DNA of 64,000 bases from Tubiluchus corallicola (lineage: Eukaryota; Animalia; Priapulida): contig JAQGDQ010000208.1 of NCBI GenBank assembly GCA_030141605.1, forward strand, positions 310,001 through 374,000. The letters run 5' to 3'. The stretch's first letter is position 1; every line of letters begins with the position of its first letter. Below are positions 53,401-64,000 of this stretch, piece after piece. Made by a program: the position numbers and the translations under genes. Under the pieces are notes generated by a model. The model had not been told where the DNA came from and searched no databases. It was given only the letters and a program-made list of their open reading frames with translations.

Positions 53401-54209
53401 TGCAGGCGTTGAAGGGGGACGAGCCTGGCGTGGGAATAGCAACTGACCACTGATATCAATTTGTCAACATGCTATCAATTTCATATTAGTGACGTCGTAA
53501 TAATTCCTAAGCTTTTTGACTGATCACCCCAACACCTGAAAATCAGGTGCGAGACGTCCCAAAGTCGTCTCTACCTTAAGAAAATTGCCTCTTCTTCCGA
53601 TGCCTCGAGTATAGTTTCATTCATGAATACATGGCGCCCCCGATGCCACAGCGTGGAGCCTTCTCGAATTCATGAATGGAAAGGTTGAAATGCTTAACAG
53701 CCCACTTTGCGATGCATACAGTACAGCAGGGTGAGCAAGAACTCACACCGTAAAGGCTTAACTACTCACTGTAGAAACAAACTGCGCTGAGATAATTATG
53801 CACTGATGCTATTACGTTCGCGAAAGCATGCGATAATGAGACACATACTTAAATTTAATAACTACAGCCTGTTAGCGGCATAGCGGCAGTGCCTGAGCTT
53901 ACAAAGCCGTTATGGCAATGAAAACGATTTCACTGGTTGACCCAAAACTTATGATTTAATCTCGCTTCCATGGTTTTTGTAACTTTCGCAGGATGATATG
54001 AATTTCGCGTTTTGATATGAATCAAAAGGACGACAAAAACTATCCAAGACGCACCACGCAAAATAACAATTTATTACCCGTCCATTCCACTATATAGCTT
54101 CAGTGCATTCAAATAGCTTTACCATTTCTTCTTGGTCACTGTACAGAACCACAAGGTGATAAGATCAGATAATAAAAGAAGCCAAGTAAAACTTAAAAGC
54201 TGTACTTAC

Positions 54210-54384
54210 CATTTATGTCGGTGAGATCGCCGATAGATGGCACTTTTTGTATGGTCACATGAGGATTTGGCACACATTGTTCTCCTTCGCCCATTGGCTC
54301 AGGCTTAATACGCAGAGGCTTTGGTATGACCATAGAGTGCGGTCGCATAGGTTCTTTAAAAACCGGAGATGTCTGTGCTTCCGT
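54210..54384 (-). CDS. ETS1/2: ETS1/2 upstream coding exon (Pointed-P2-like N-terminus)
   Basis: ggttttttag|ACG...AAT G|gtaagt, 175 nt. Encodes TEAQTSPVFKEPMRPHSMVIPKPLRIKPEPMGEGEQCVPNPHVTIQKVPSIGDLTDIN. QKVPSIGDLTD resembles the QKVPS.SDL.D motif I recall upstream of VPPLTPGTN in invertebrate Pointed-P2/ETS1-2 proteins. Joining it to the 7 core exons gives an in-frame 1530-nt CDS. Confidence 0.85.
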
Positions 54385-56593
54385 CTAAAAAACCACAAAT
54401 CGTACGTTAACACTACATTATATAAATTTCGCATAATCCGCAGCTTAATTTATGCACGTATTGATTTAAAGAAAAATATCTACGGCAGCTATTATAGATT
54501 TTTATTATATTTATAGATATTATGTTTATGATTTTTAACCAAATAATTTTTGTATTTAAAAGTAACACAAACAGTGATTCGTAAAACAATCGTCAGTTTC
54601 AAGAAAAGAAATGAAAACAACCAAAGAAATATCTTATATTAGGAGAGTTACCAATTTATATTTGGGCCGTCATTCTGTTAAAACATATAAGACTTGTTTC
54701 TCAACTATAAACACCAACAATAATTTAAGTTCTCAAATTTGTAGTCTTTATGCAGCTCTTGCTTTTCATTTGTGCCAAAATATCAAATCTGATTGCTCTC
54801 GTAGAGTACGCAACTACACATCCGAATACTAAACAACGTGACGACTATGTATACATGTTAGTGATTTTTTTTCTACTGTAATAAACCGAACAGTGCTGTT
54901 TTCTTAAGAGCTCAGAAACTGGTCTGTTTGCTGGGAGATAAACTTCGACCAAAACGTAAAAAGCCGCCTGAATTACGGTAATTGACGAAAGTAAATAAAA
55001 TAGAGAAAAACAGCATGCACTCTGCCGAACAAACCAAAAATTCAGAATCAGAAGTGATCCGACCCGATAAAAGCAGTCAGATGTACGGATAAATTAAAAT
55101 AAGTCAATGAGAAAAACAATTTTCAGTACACAAATTTATAAATAAATAAAAACTTATTTTTTGTTAACTTACTATGTTAACATACGTTAACTCGCTTTTA
55201 ACTTGCAAAATAATGAGTTACTACACACAGCCAAAAGTTGAAAAGTTTAAAACTCTTGTGACTTGAAGAAGTCAGTGGCATTACACTAACAGCACGCAGC
55301 ACGATGAATAAGTCATTAAAGTGCAATACAGAATTATACAATAACAAAGTACGCTTTTTCTCAGAAATCTAAAATCGTCGTTATTCACTTAATACCTTTA
55401 TTATCCCATCTTCTAGCGTCATTGTTTTAGTAACTGGTTTCACATGTTTTATCTGAGGATATCACAATTCAGTTCAAAGACAGTGACTTTCGAGTATTTC
55501 AAATTTCTAAGAGTATTTTAAGACACCCAGTGTGCTACATATCCACAGCAAGATAAACGTTCGTCCCGAAGCTAGAGAAATGATCATGTGTGGGATGAGT
55601 ACAACATCTTTCCGGCTTTAATTACACCTGTTCGCATCATGTCTGCCATCTACCACCTCATTCTTCATTCATGCTTTCCAGCGCAAGTCAAGCGTATTGG
55701 GGCGGAGTGCCAAGTCAAAGAACGCGGGCAGTACTGGGTTAGTAAAGGAAAGGGTACCTCATTTAGTACATTGGATTTATTTTACTGCTTTCACTTAAAC
55801 TTAGAAAAATAAATATTAGAAAAAAAACTAAGAAATTATCAAAATACTGTCTATAAACCACAAAGTCATTGCACACTAAAGAAATCTAATAAAGAAATTT
55901 TCAGGCGCGGCAATAGCCACTATTCACATGATCTTCACAATTTAATTTAATTTAATACGCATAATCGAACAAAATCTACAAGTGCAGCCAACAATATGAA
56001 ATATTTTAGTTCTGATGAACAAAGTTCAAAGAAGTTTTATAAAACTTTCTGTTCTCGAGGGTTTTCGCAATTTATTGCAGCTACCCTCACTGGATCCGCC
56101 ATAACGCTATAATAGACTACACCAAGAACGTTACAGAACTCTTGTATACAAGCAACAATATTTACCTTGGTCTGCTACATGAGATATTGTTTTTGTAAAC
56201 AAGAGGGTTAAACATCGCGGCAAGGGTTATGCACCTGATTTACTCGCAGCGTTCACAGGTGCAAAACGTTCCTTTCTGCTGGGCTAATAAACGCTAAACA
56301 GGCACAATCGGGGAGTCATGCATGTTGGAGTTTGTCAAGTTTGTATTTGTGTTTGCAGGGGGAAAATGAAAATGCGGGCAACCCTAAACCCAAACAAACG
56401 GCAAGTCAACAAAAGGGTCACAACCTGGGCACCTTGAATACATGAATTTTTCATTTTCCGTCAATTTTAGGGAAACGAACTGAATGAAAGACAAACAGAA
56501 AGAAGTTTCAGAAAAAATTCAATAATAATGGCTTTTGGCGATAATGACGATAGCGAAGAATGATAACAACCTGGTAATGATGTGATGTGTGTA

Positions 56594-58355
56594 GGTCAAA
56601 GGAGTGAACGGACCACCAGTCAAAGAACCATAAGAAAAAAGGACCACTCGTCAAAAATTCACCTGAAAAGCTAGAAGGACAAACAAAATAAAAATTAGCA
56701 AATCGCGCAATTACATTATTTCCAGAGCTTAAACTGTAAAGCTCTGCATTATTTATTTGTCAATACCTTCTACTCACTAGCCAAAATGAGTCAATTTTAT
56801 GCATTGAATAACTCCGTGGCACTTAATGGAATTTAATAAATACATTCAAATTTAAATAATGTGAATTATTAAAAACGTTTAAAATGTACGAAATATTTAA
56901 AATCTTAACTTTAGCAGATTAAAAAAAATAGTTTAAAAATAGTACCTTATATTTACATACGAACTAATGGTCACCGACAAACTAAAATTTCCAGTTTCGA
57001 ATTTTTAGTAAAGATACTTCTTGCTAGAATGCCTAATTTCATTAGACATTTAACTGGAAAACAGTTAAAAATACACGTAGTACGTCTTTTTGTGACTTGT
57101 GGCTTAGATGTGTCTAAGCTAACTACGGTTACATTTCAAATCATAACAATTGATTTGAGCTTTTTTATACTTTGAACATGAACAACTGATTTGGCCTTTC
57201 TTCGCTAATTAACATTAGACAAAATACAGCAGTTCGCTGGAGCCAAAGTGACACAAGAAAAAAGAAATCAGTAGTGCAAGTTTGTATTTACAAGAACGGC
57301 ACACTTACACAAAGTTTTGATTGCAATGTCGCACCTGCATTGTTTCGGAACCTGTCTCATTGATACAGACAAATTAAGATCAGATAGGAGTAAAATGTTT
57401 CATTCTGTCCAACCAACGATCAGCAAACACTAGAGGATTTTCTAATGACGACAAATTGCTTATTCTTATTTTCCTTTTAGAATTCCAAAACCCTCACAGT
57501 AGTAATTAGTCATTTGTAGTAGTTTGAAAAACCAGTGAAAATAAGGCGAGCACAAACTGTTGCAAAACGAAGTTTTCCTATTAAAAACTTTCTCACAAAA
57601 ACTCTATCCTCGAGCTTACTTAATAAAAACAACTTTTCAGTAATGTTTCTAGTTTCTTTTTAACTGTTAGTATAAATCTATTATAGTTATCTTTACCTTT
57701 ATCTTTTTTTAAATAAAAATATCTTTCATAAAACTAACACATTCGTATAACGTCTTAAATGCAAAATCTTATAATTTTTAATTACCTGATACATGCGCAT
57801 TAACTAATTAATTATATTAGTAACAATCCTGAGAGGGCGGCTGACCTCGATAACTTATAGTTCTTTCGCCACCCTTTCACCACCAATCAATATTTACTTT
57901 TGCACTTTGTAATATTATTGTATGTTGTATAGATTTATAAATCTGTTAGTTATGTATTTTGCTATTTTAAAAATGGTGATAAACTAATAAACTTACTTAC
58001 TTACTTACTTACTTACTTCTTACACTGGCTATGCACTTTTTAAGGCACGATATAAATTTTAAATAAAAAGGAAATACGAAAGTATGACATTTATCAATCA
58101 TTATTGTTATCACCAAAAATAATGACCAATCACACTTTATGAAATAAAATATTAATGGTTAAGTAAAAGTTGCAATTTGCTCAAACCGCTGTCAGCGCAT
58201 CCACTGGTGGTCCTCTAACCAGTGGTCTTTTACCATCCCCCTGACATTTGGTTCTATGACCACTTTTAAAATGTTAAGGTGGATCTTTGACTGGTGGCCC
58301 TCTTTCCAAGATGGGTCTTTCAACTGGTGATCCTTCGTCCGGTGGTATTTTGACC
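56594..58355. mobile_element. Old non-autonomous DNA element with ~75-bp imperfect TIRs
   Basis: 56594-56664 (ggtcaaa..ggaccaccagtcaaagaaccat..aggaccactcgtcaaaaattcacct) aligns with the reverse complement of 58277-58355. Both flanks are degenerate GAY-rich sequence. Confidence 0.55.
57731..58018 (+). mobile_element. 5'-truncated copy of the same LINE 3' end, with (ACTT)n tail
   Basis: Aligns with ~5806-6096 (aaactaacacattc...gagaggg.g.ctgacctcgataacttatagttc...gttatgtattttgctattttaa...acttacttac). Confidence 0.93.
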
Positions 58356-58364
58356 GCCCATTGT

Positions 58365-58580
58365 GATGATAGTGGAAGTAAAAAGGAAAATGAAGTGGTA
58401 GACGAAGAGGACCAGAAGAAGAAGAAAAGTAGAGAACGATGACGTTATAATGAAATGATGATGACTACGACTTCGACGACGACGATGACCATGACAAGTA
58501 GGTGTGCAGCAGCCGCTAGGGCTTAGGCCAATGTAGTAATGAATGATGTTGACGACAGTAAAATAATAATGATGACTGTG
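58365..58580. repeat. Low-complexity GAA/GAT/GAC-rich degenerate repeat
   Basis: Runs such as gaagaagaag, gatgatgatgac and gacgacgacgat. Confidence 0.6.
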
Positions 58581-60038
58581 TAATTCGGCTCGAAAACACG
58601 TATAGTTGAAAAGTTCGCTTAAAAATTTAACACTGAGAAAATTTTAAATTAAAGAATTTCCCCATACAAAACTGTAGATGATCTTACACAGGCATAGCGG
58701 TTTAACCATGCTTTTCACTCACACTACACATTATGGCGCATCACGATCTGTGTTAGATGGGTAAATGTTTAACCAGGAAACCAGTTCTACAAGAAGGCAA
58801 ATAAAAAAAAGCACTACACCACCCTGACAAACATTTGTATCAAGTATAAGAGTGCTGAGAAGCACGCAGATTCCAACCACGAGATATTATTTTAACCACT
58901 GAGCTTAATAAATTAGCTGTGTTAAATCCATGGAGGAATCGCCACTGCCAGGAAAAAGGTGATGTTCCCATCATAAGCATTTTTTACATTACACTGAGAT
59001 AAGATACTAAGTAATGTTCGTCAGCCAGTAAATTGACTTGTTCAAGGGAGAGAACCTGAATGTTGTCGACTCAACTTTAAAATTCTTGAAGTCGTAAGTC
59101 CAGAATGTAATAGAATTTAACTTATTTATATTGGAAGCAATAACCACTTTCCCATAATGTCACTGACCAGCGACCGTTACAGACTTATAGTCACCAGAAT
59201 GAAATTTTCTTATACCAAACATAAACTTCAAAAACAGCTTTCTTCCAGTGGGTACATATATTAATCAAAATATTTAAAATAATACCAGCGAGAAATTTAG
59301 GCCCTAAATGATACTGGCGTTAATCAAAATAACACTCTATCATTGATGTTTATTTCATAGTTTAATTCACGCTGTATTAGTCTTAAAACAACTATACCAC
59401 AAACGCTCTGCACTCACATTTCATACTACAAATGTCTTTTGATGATCTGATATTCTATTCTTTAAAAAAAATTCGGCATATTACTCGTCAAACAGCAAAA
59501 TCTCTGTCAGTCACTGACTGTATGAAAACATACACCACGTGCACAAGCCAACAACAAGTTTAGTAAGCTCGAACACCCATTTTACAAAACCAAGAGTTAA
59601 GCAAACATTGGGCAATTTTACGATTATACCGGGGTCATCATATTATTCTGTTTACCTTGACCTAAATTTGCCTAGTGCATGCAGTTGGGAGAATGTCGTT
59701 AGAGAAAATGACGCAAAATGTGAATTAAAGCTCTCGTCGAACGATTACATAATTTTGAATAAACTTCAATCTTAACAAAATGAATGGGGAAATCTGTATA
59801 TGGGACAATGTCGAGAGATAATTACTGTCTTACTGCTATGAAAATAAATTAGATCATACGCGATTATACAATGCAGTAATGCATGAATTAAATTTTGCTT
59901 TGACTGAATAAATTTTCCGTATGTGAAAGCGAAAGCACGGTTGCACACTAAATAAATCTAAGTATGCGTAGCGCACTGAAGCGCTGACAGACAGACACAT
60001 TTCGCGTTCTACGCATATAAGCTACATGTATGTGCTTA

Positions 60039-60109
60039 CGATCTACGTCGTAAAACCAAAAATAAGTTTCCTTGCGATCTACGTCGTAAAACAAAAAATG
60101 AGTTTCCTT
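60039..60109. repeat. 36-bp-period tandem duplication
   Basis: cgatctacgtcgtaaaac..aaaaat.agtttcctt occurs twice. Confidence 0.9.
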
Positions 60110-63100
60110 CAGGATAAAATTAAATAAATAAATAAGTAAATGCAACTTAATGATTAAGTAATAATAAGTAAATAAACAAAAATGCAAATATACGGAAAAT
60201 CTGTGTAACGTAGAATTTTAAACAATGTAGTACTGTACACTACATCTGTATTGGGCTATTGCTAAACTTAAACTAGAAGTTCCATAAAAAAAATCCCTCT
60301 GGGGTGAAAAACGCACAGTTAAGGTAGTTCTCTGATGCCAAAAGCGATAACAGTAAAAAGCAGCGTCATTTTGTAATTCAAATTTACCAAGGATTATCAA
60401 AATGTGTTAATCTGATGTAAGGAAATTTTCCAAGTGAGACAACAAGCCTTCACAAAAGCTTATTGTTCAGTCCCAAAGCTGGAAATCATCAGGTGCCAAT
60501 TGCAATTTCAGACAATTTATCAACCTGAGCGTTGATGTTAACTATACGAATTACACGCCTACCTGTCAAACACTAAGTAATACGGTGTTCAATTTGTGCA
60601 AGGTGCACAGGTATTACTTAATTACGCCTGTTCCGCAGCCCGGGGAACATACCTGTTAAAATTGATGGAATATCTAATCAGCTCATGAAAATACACGCTG
60701 TGTCGTTATCTTCAGGTATGCAAAAATATTATAGTATGTATCATATTATGTAGGTAAACTTATCTGGTGATAAATATGTTATGCAGTGTAAGTGCCTATT
60801 ATTACAACACCGGTAGTTGATTTAAACCGATAAACTTGCGAGAGGTGTTCTGCGCGATGTAAAATTTATGCCACACACCTTTTTGCAGTCAAATTGTTCA
60901 GCTAGAAGCCGAGCTAGAAAGCGGGGCAATATAACACAAACAGTGAAAACCTTTAAAAAAGAGACGCCAAGCTGTCACATGTGTATACGCGCAATGTCTT
61001 CTATACTAATTCCTTTGATATGCTCTAAGATAATTGTTTGTAGCTGAAAAAAATGTACAGGTGAAAGGATGCGATGTCGCTTGTTAAATCTACGCAAGTT
61101 TTAAGAGAGTTTGTGTGAGCGAAGATACAGAACAAGAATGGCCAAACCCCATTTTTGTCACGAATGTCACGAATGTACACAGTGATAAATGACAAGCAAA
61201 ACGTAGCACATGTTTATTCTACTGGAATCCCATTTAACACTATAGAGAAAAATTATGCTTATAATGAAAGTCATTTATATATGTAAACTTTCTGCGTCTG
61301 TATGTAATATGCATGTGTTTCTCAATAAATGTATGCAATAATTTCTTACAGTATTTTAGTTTTTAGATACGAAGTTCATAGATGAAAGAAACAGAAACGT
61401 GAATAATGAATGCTGCTAAAACAGTGCCTTACCTGCAAAAGGAAGTTTATATAATTACGTACAGATAGGAATACTCCAAAAAGATTTATTTTAAATTTTA
61501 CACTGTCTTCAGCTGTTTACAAACAGGCTTCGTTATCTTGATGAGTTATATCTATCAGTATCTACTAAGTTAAAAAAGCGGAGAATGGTAAACACTATGT
61601 AGGAAGTTCGAGCATTATAGAATACAATCCTATTTTATAAGCAAATGTTTTGCACTGGTTTTCGCTAGTCGTATGTTATAAAGCAACAGCTGCCGTCAAA
61701 GTGTATGGGAAAACTAGGAGATACCTCCCAGCAAATGATCTTACAACACGCCAAAAAACACTTTATGGCCGTTCTAGAATCTTGAAGCATGTTTACGCAG
61801 AGGCCGATCAAAACGCTCCATCGTTATCAAACGGCTCATTAAAGGTTAAGATGATGGCATCTATTTATAATGAACCATAAAATTTTGTTCAAAATGTTTT
61901 TAATGTGTGTTGAGTGAAGCGCACATGGGAGAATACGTGAAGCAAAGAGTTAACTTGCCTAAGCGCATAACATTTAGTTCTTTGTTTTTATTTAAGCTAC
62001 ATGCTGAATATGTTGCATTTAAATAATATAATAAAACATGGCGAATAATAAAGCATTAATTCAATCGTTTACTCGTTCACTGATTCATTTATTCAGTCAG
62101 TCAGTCATTGATTAATTTATATTTTAAATATTCAGCAATATTCACAGTTATTTAATTCCTGACCACTAAGCATTCTAAGTGCTTAATGTGGTGCAAAACT
62201 AATAGTAAAGCTACTATACTTTTCCTTATTGTTGAATGACTAATAAATAGTGTTATTTACGTTGACTTTCTAATTTGTATTCAGAATAAATAATGAACTG
62301 TGAACCCATTGTATATTTTCTGTAGGCTAATTTCCTTAAACAATAGGATCACAAACAGAGCGCCCTTAAGCCATGCAGAAGCCTTCTAATAGAAGGTAAT
62401 CCTCGCTAAAGTTACAGCGTAATTATACCCGCTGCATACAAAGTATTCACTAGACAGAGATACTGGGACATGAGAAAGTCTGTCACGAAAATGAGCAGCA
62501 GAAAGACAATATCCATATGGCTTGTTAGAGCATTAGAGGATTTAGAAAGATACAGTGACCACTGTCCGTCGTGTCCAAAAGCTTTCGGTCTGACGATGTC
62601 TGCTGTGTCAAGGTCACTGTTTTGTTCACATAACGCACGTATGACGCACAGAAAACACTAGCTTGAGGTCGAGGAACACTACTAATAAATAACTAAATTT
62701 GAGTCTATTATACTCAAACTAAGTGCTTTACGGACACTAGACAGATAGATAAAATCTTTATTAACGAATATAAAAACAATACATGTACAGTGTACGTAAC
62801 TGTATTTGTATGTCCACGGATGGAAGCAGCTTACCCGTCAGTCAAAATTATGTTTGGGCTGATATACATGTAATTGGCAAGAGCATCAATTTATAGTGTA
62901 CAGACTCTTCAAAAACTTTATGACTATAGTAATCAGAAGAATCAAATCCAATCAAAAATATAATACAGATAAGAATTATCTAAAATGTAAGAATTGTAAG
63001 AAACATTTATGGATCTGTCTGTCAAAATTGATTTGATTGGCAGGTATACTGAACTTTCGTATAATCGAGTACACTTAGCTTAGCACCAGTTTGCATTCAA

Positions 63101-64000
63101 TGGGATGGGATATTCGTGATGCACAAAAGAACTTCATTGCCCTTTCAAAAGAAAAAATTTCTTAGCTGCTGCTGTGACTTAGTCCTACCTCTTTTCGGGC
63201 CATGTTTTACATAACTTTTTGAGTTTTAAACATGGTCGTCATGAGCTGTCATGACCACTTCTAAGCCGCAGATAATTTTTAGAGTCCAGTTAAAACCATA
63301 GAAAAAAAACCACACACAAATCTTTGCACAAAAGATGATGACCAATTTATTACAACTTTTGAAGAACATTTTTGGAATCTGTTTACCTGTATTTATTTCG
63401 TTAAAAATTCAACGGCTGGTGGGGAATTTATAAACTAACGCCCTTCTATAAAATCACAAAAATACCCTTATTTCAAGTGACAGAAGGATTTGATAAAAAG
63501 TATATAATACACTGACAAACCAATCACTGTGCAGAGAAACAGTTCATGAGAGGTCGGTTCGGACTGCGGGTAGAGCTCGTCTCCTGTCCCGGATTTGTTT
63601 TCTAGCGGAGTAAATGCGCCCTAATTGATTAATGGACGCGTAAGAAAATATCAGAACAACGGTAAAAAATTGAAAAATAAGAGACGGGCCGAATTTACAA
63701 TGGAATTTTGCATCAAGCTGCGAAGTAGATCATTAAATTCAAAGACCTAGTTCACCAAAATTTTTGGGTCACCCATGAAGAAATCAAGTGCGCTTTTTTG
63801 GGAAAGAATTCACGATTTTTACTGTCAACAAACAACAACAGCTGCGCCTAATTTTGCTGACTATAGAGAACACCGCCATCACCTGTAAACGCTATCACTT
63901 TTGACGAATACAACCCAATAACCCTTTCCCCCGGCAGCTGTTTCTTACACTAGAAAGTTTACACACGTTGCTGAAACCTTGTAAACCGGGACGTTGGACC

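Noticed and set aside
62835-62870. ATG exon (MYISPNIILTD) upstream of exon 54384
   Set aside because: The donor GG|gtaagc is phase 2, while exon 54384 needs phase 0; it could still be non-coding.

Overview
This is AT-rich genomic DNA from an animal, most likely a protostome invertebrate; no prokaryotic features (operons, CRISPR, rRNA) are present. Most entries in the ORF track are spurious, and the real genes are spliced. The window holds three things. (1) A 3-coding-exon CLCC1-like (chloride channel CLIC-like 1) gene on the + strand at 6898-9781. (2) A large ETS1/2 (Pointed-P2 type) transcription-factor gene on the - strand, tail-to-tail with it. Its seven core exons (19884 down to 12108) encode the PLTP MAPK site, the PNT/SAM domain and the ETS domain. 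An upstream exon lies 34 kb away (54210-54384), and the transcript 5' end is probably beyond the window. (3) Repeats: a decayed L2/Crack-type LINE plus a second copy of its 3' end, a CR1 3' fragment, a TA-flanked Tc1/mariner MITE, other inverted-repeat elements, tRNA-derived SINE remnants and microsatellites. The most interesting signal is the ETS locus architecture. It has a series of candidate alternative N-terminal exons that all end in phase 1 and would splice in frame just before the ERK phospho-site exon. It also has a candidate 12-nt microexon, a candidate recursive (AG|GT) splice site and clustered ETS/AP-1/GATA/FOX motifs. These are sequence-based predictions that need RNA evidence. 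I found no convincing wholly new molecular system.
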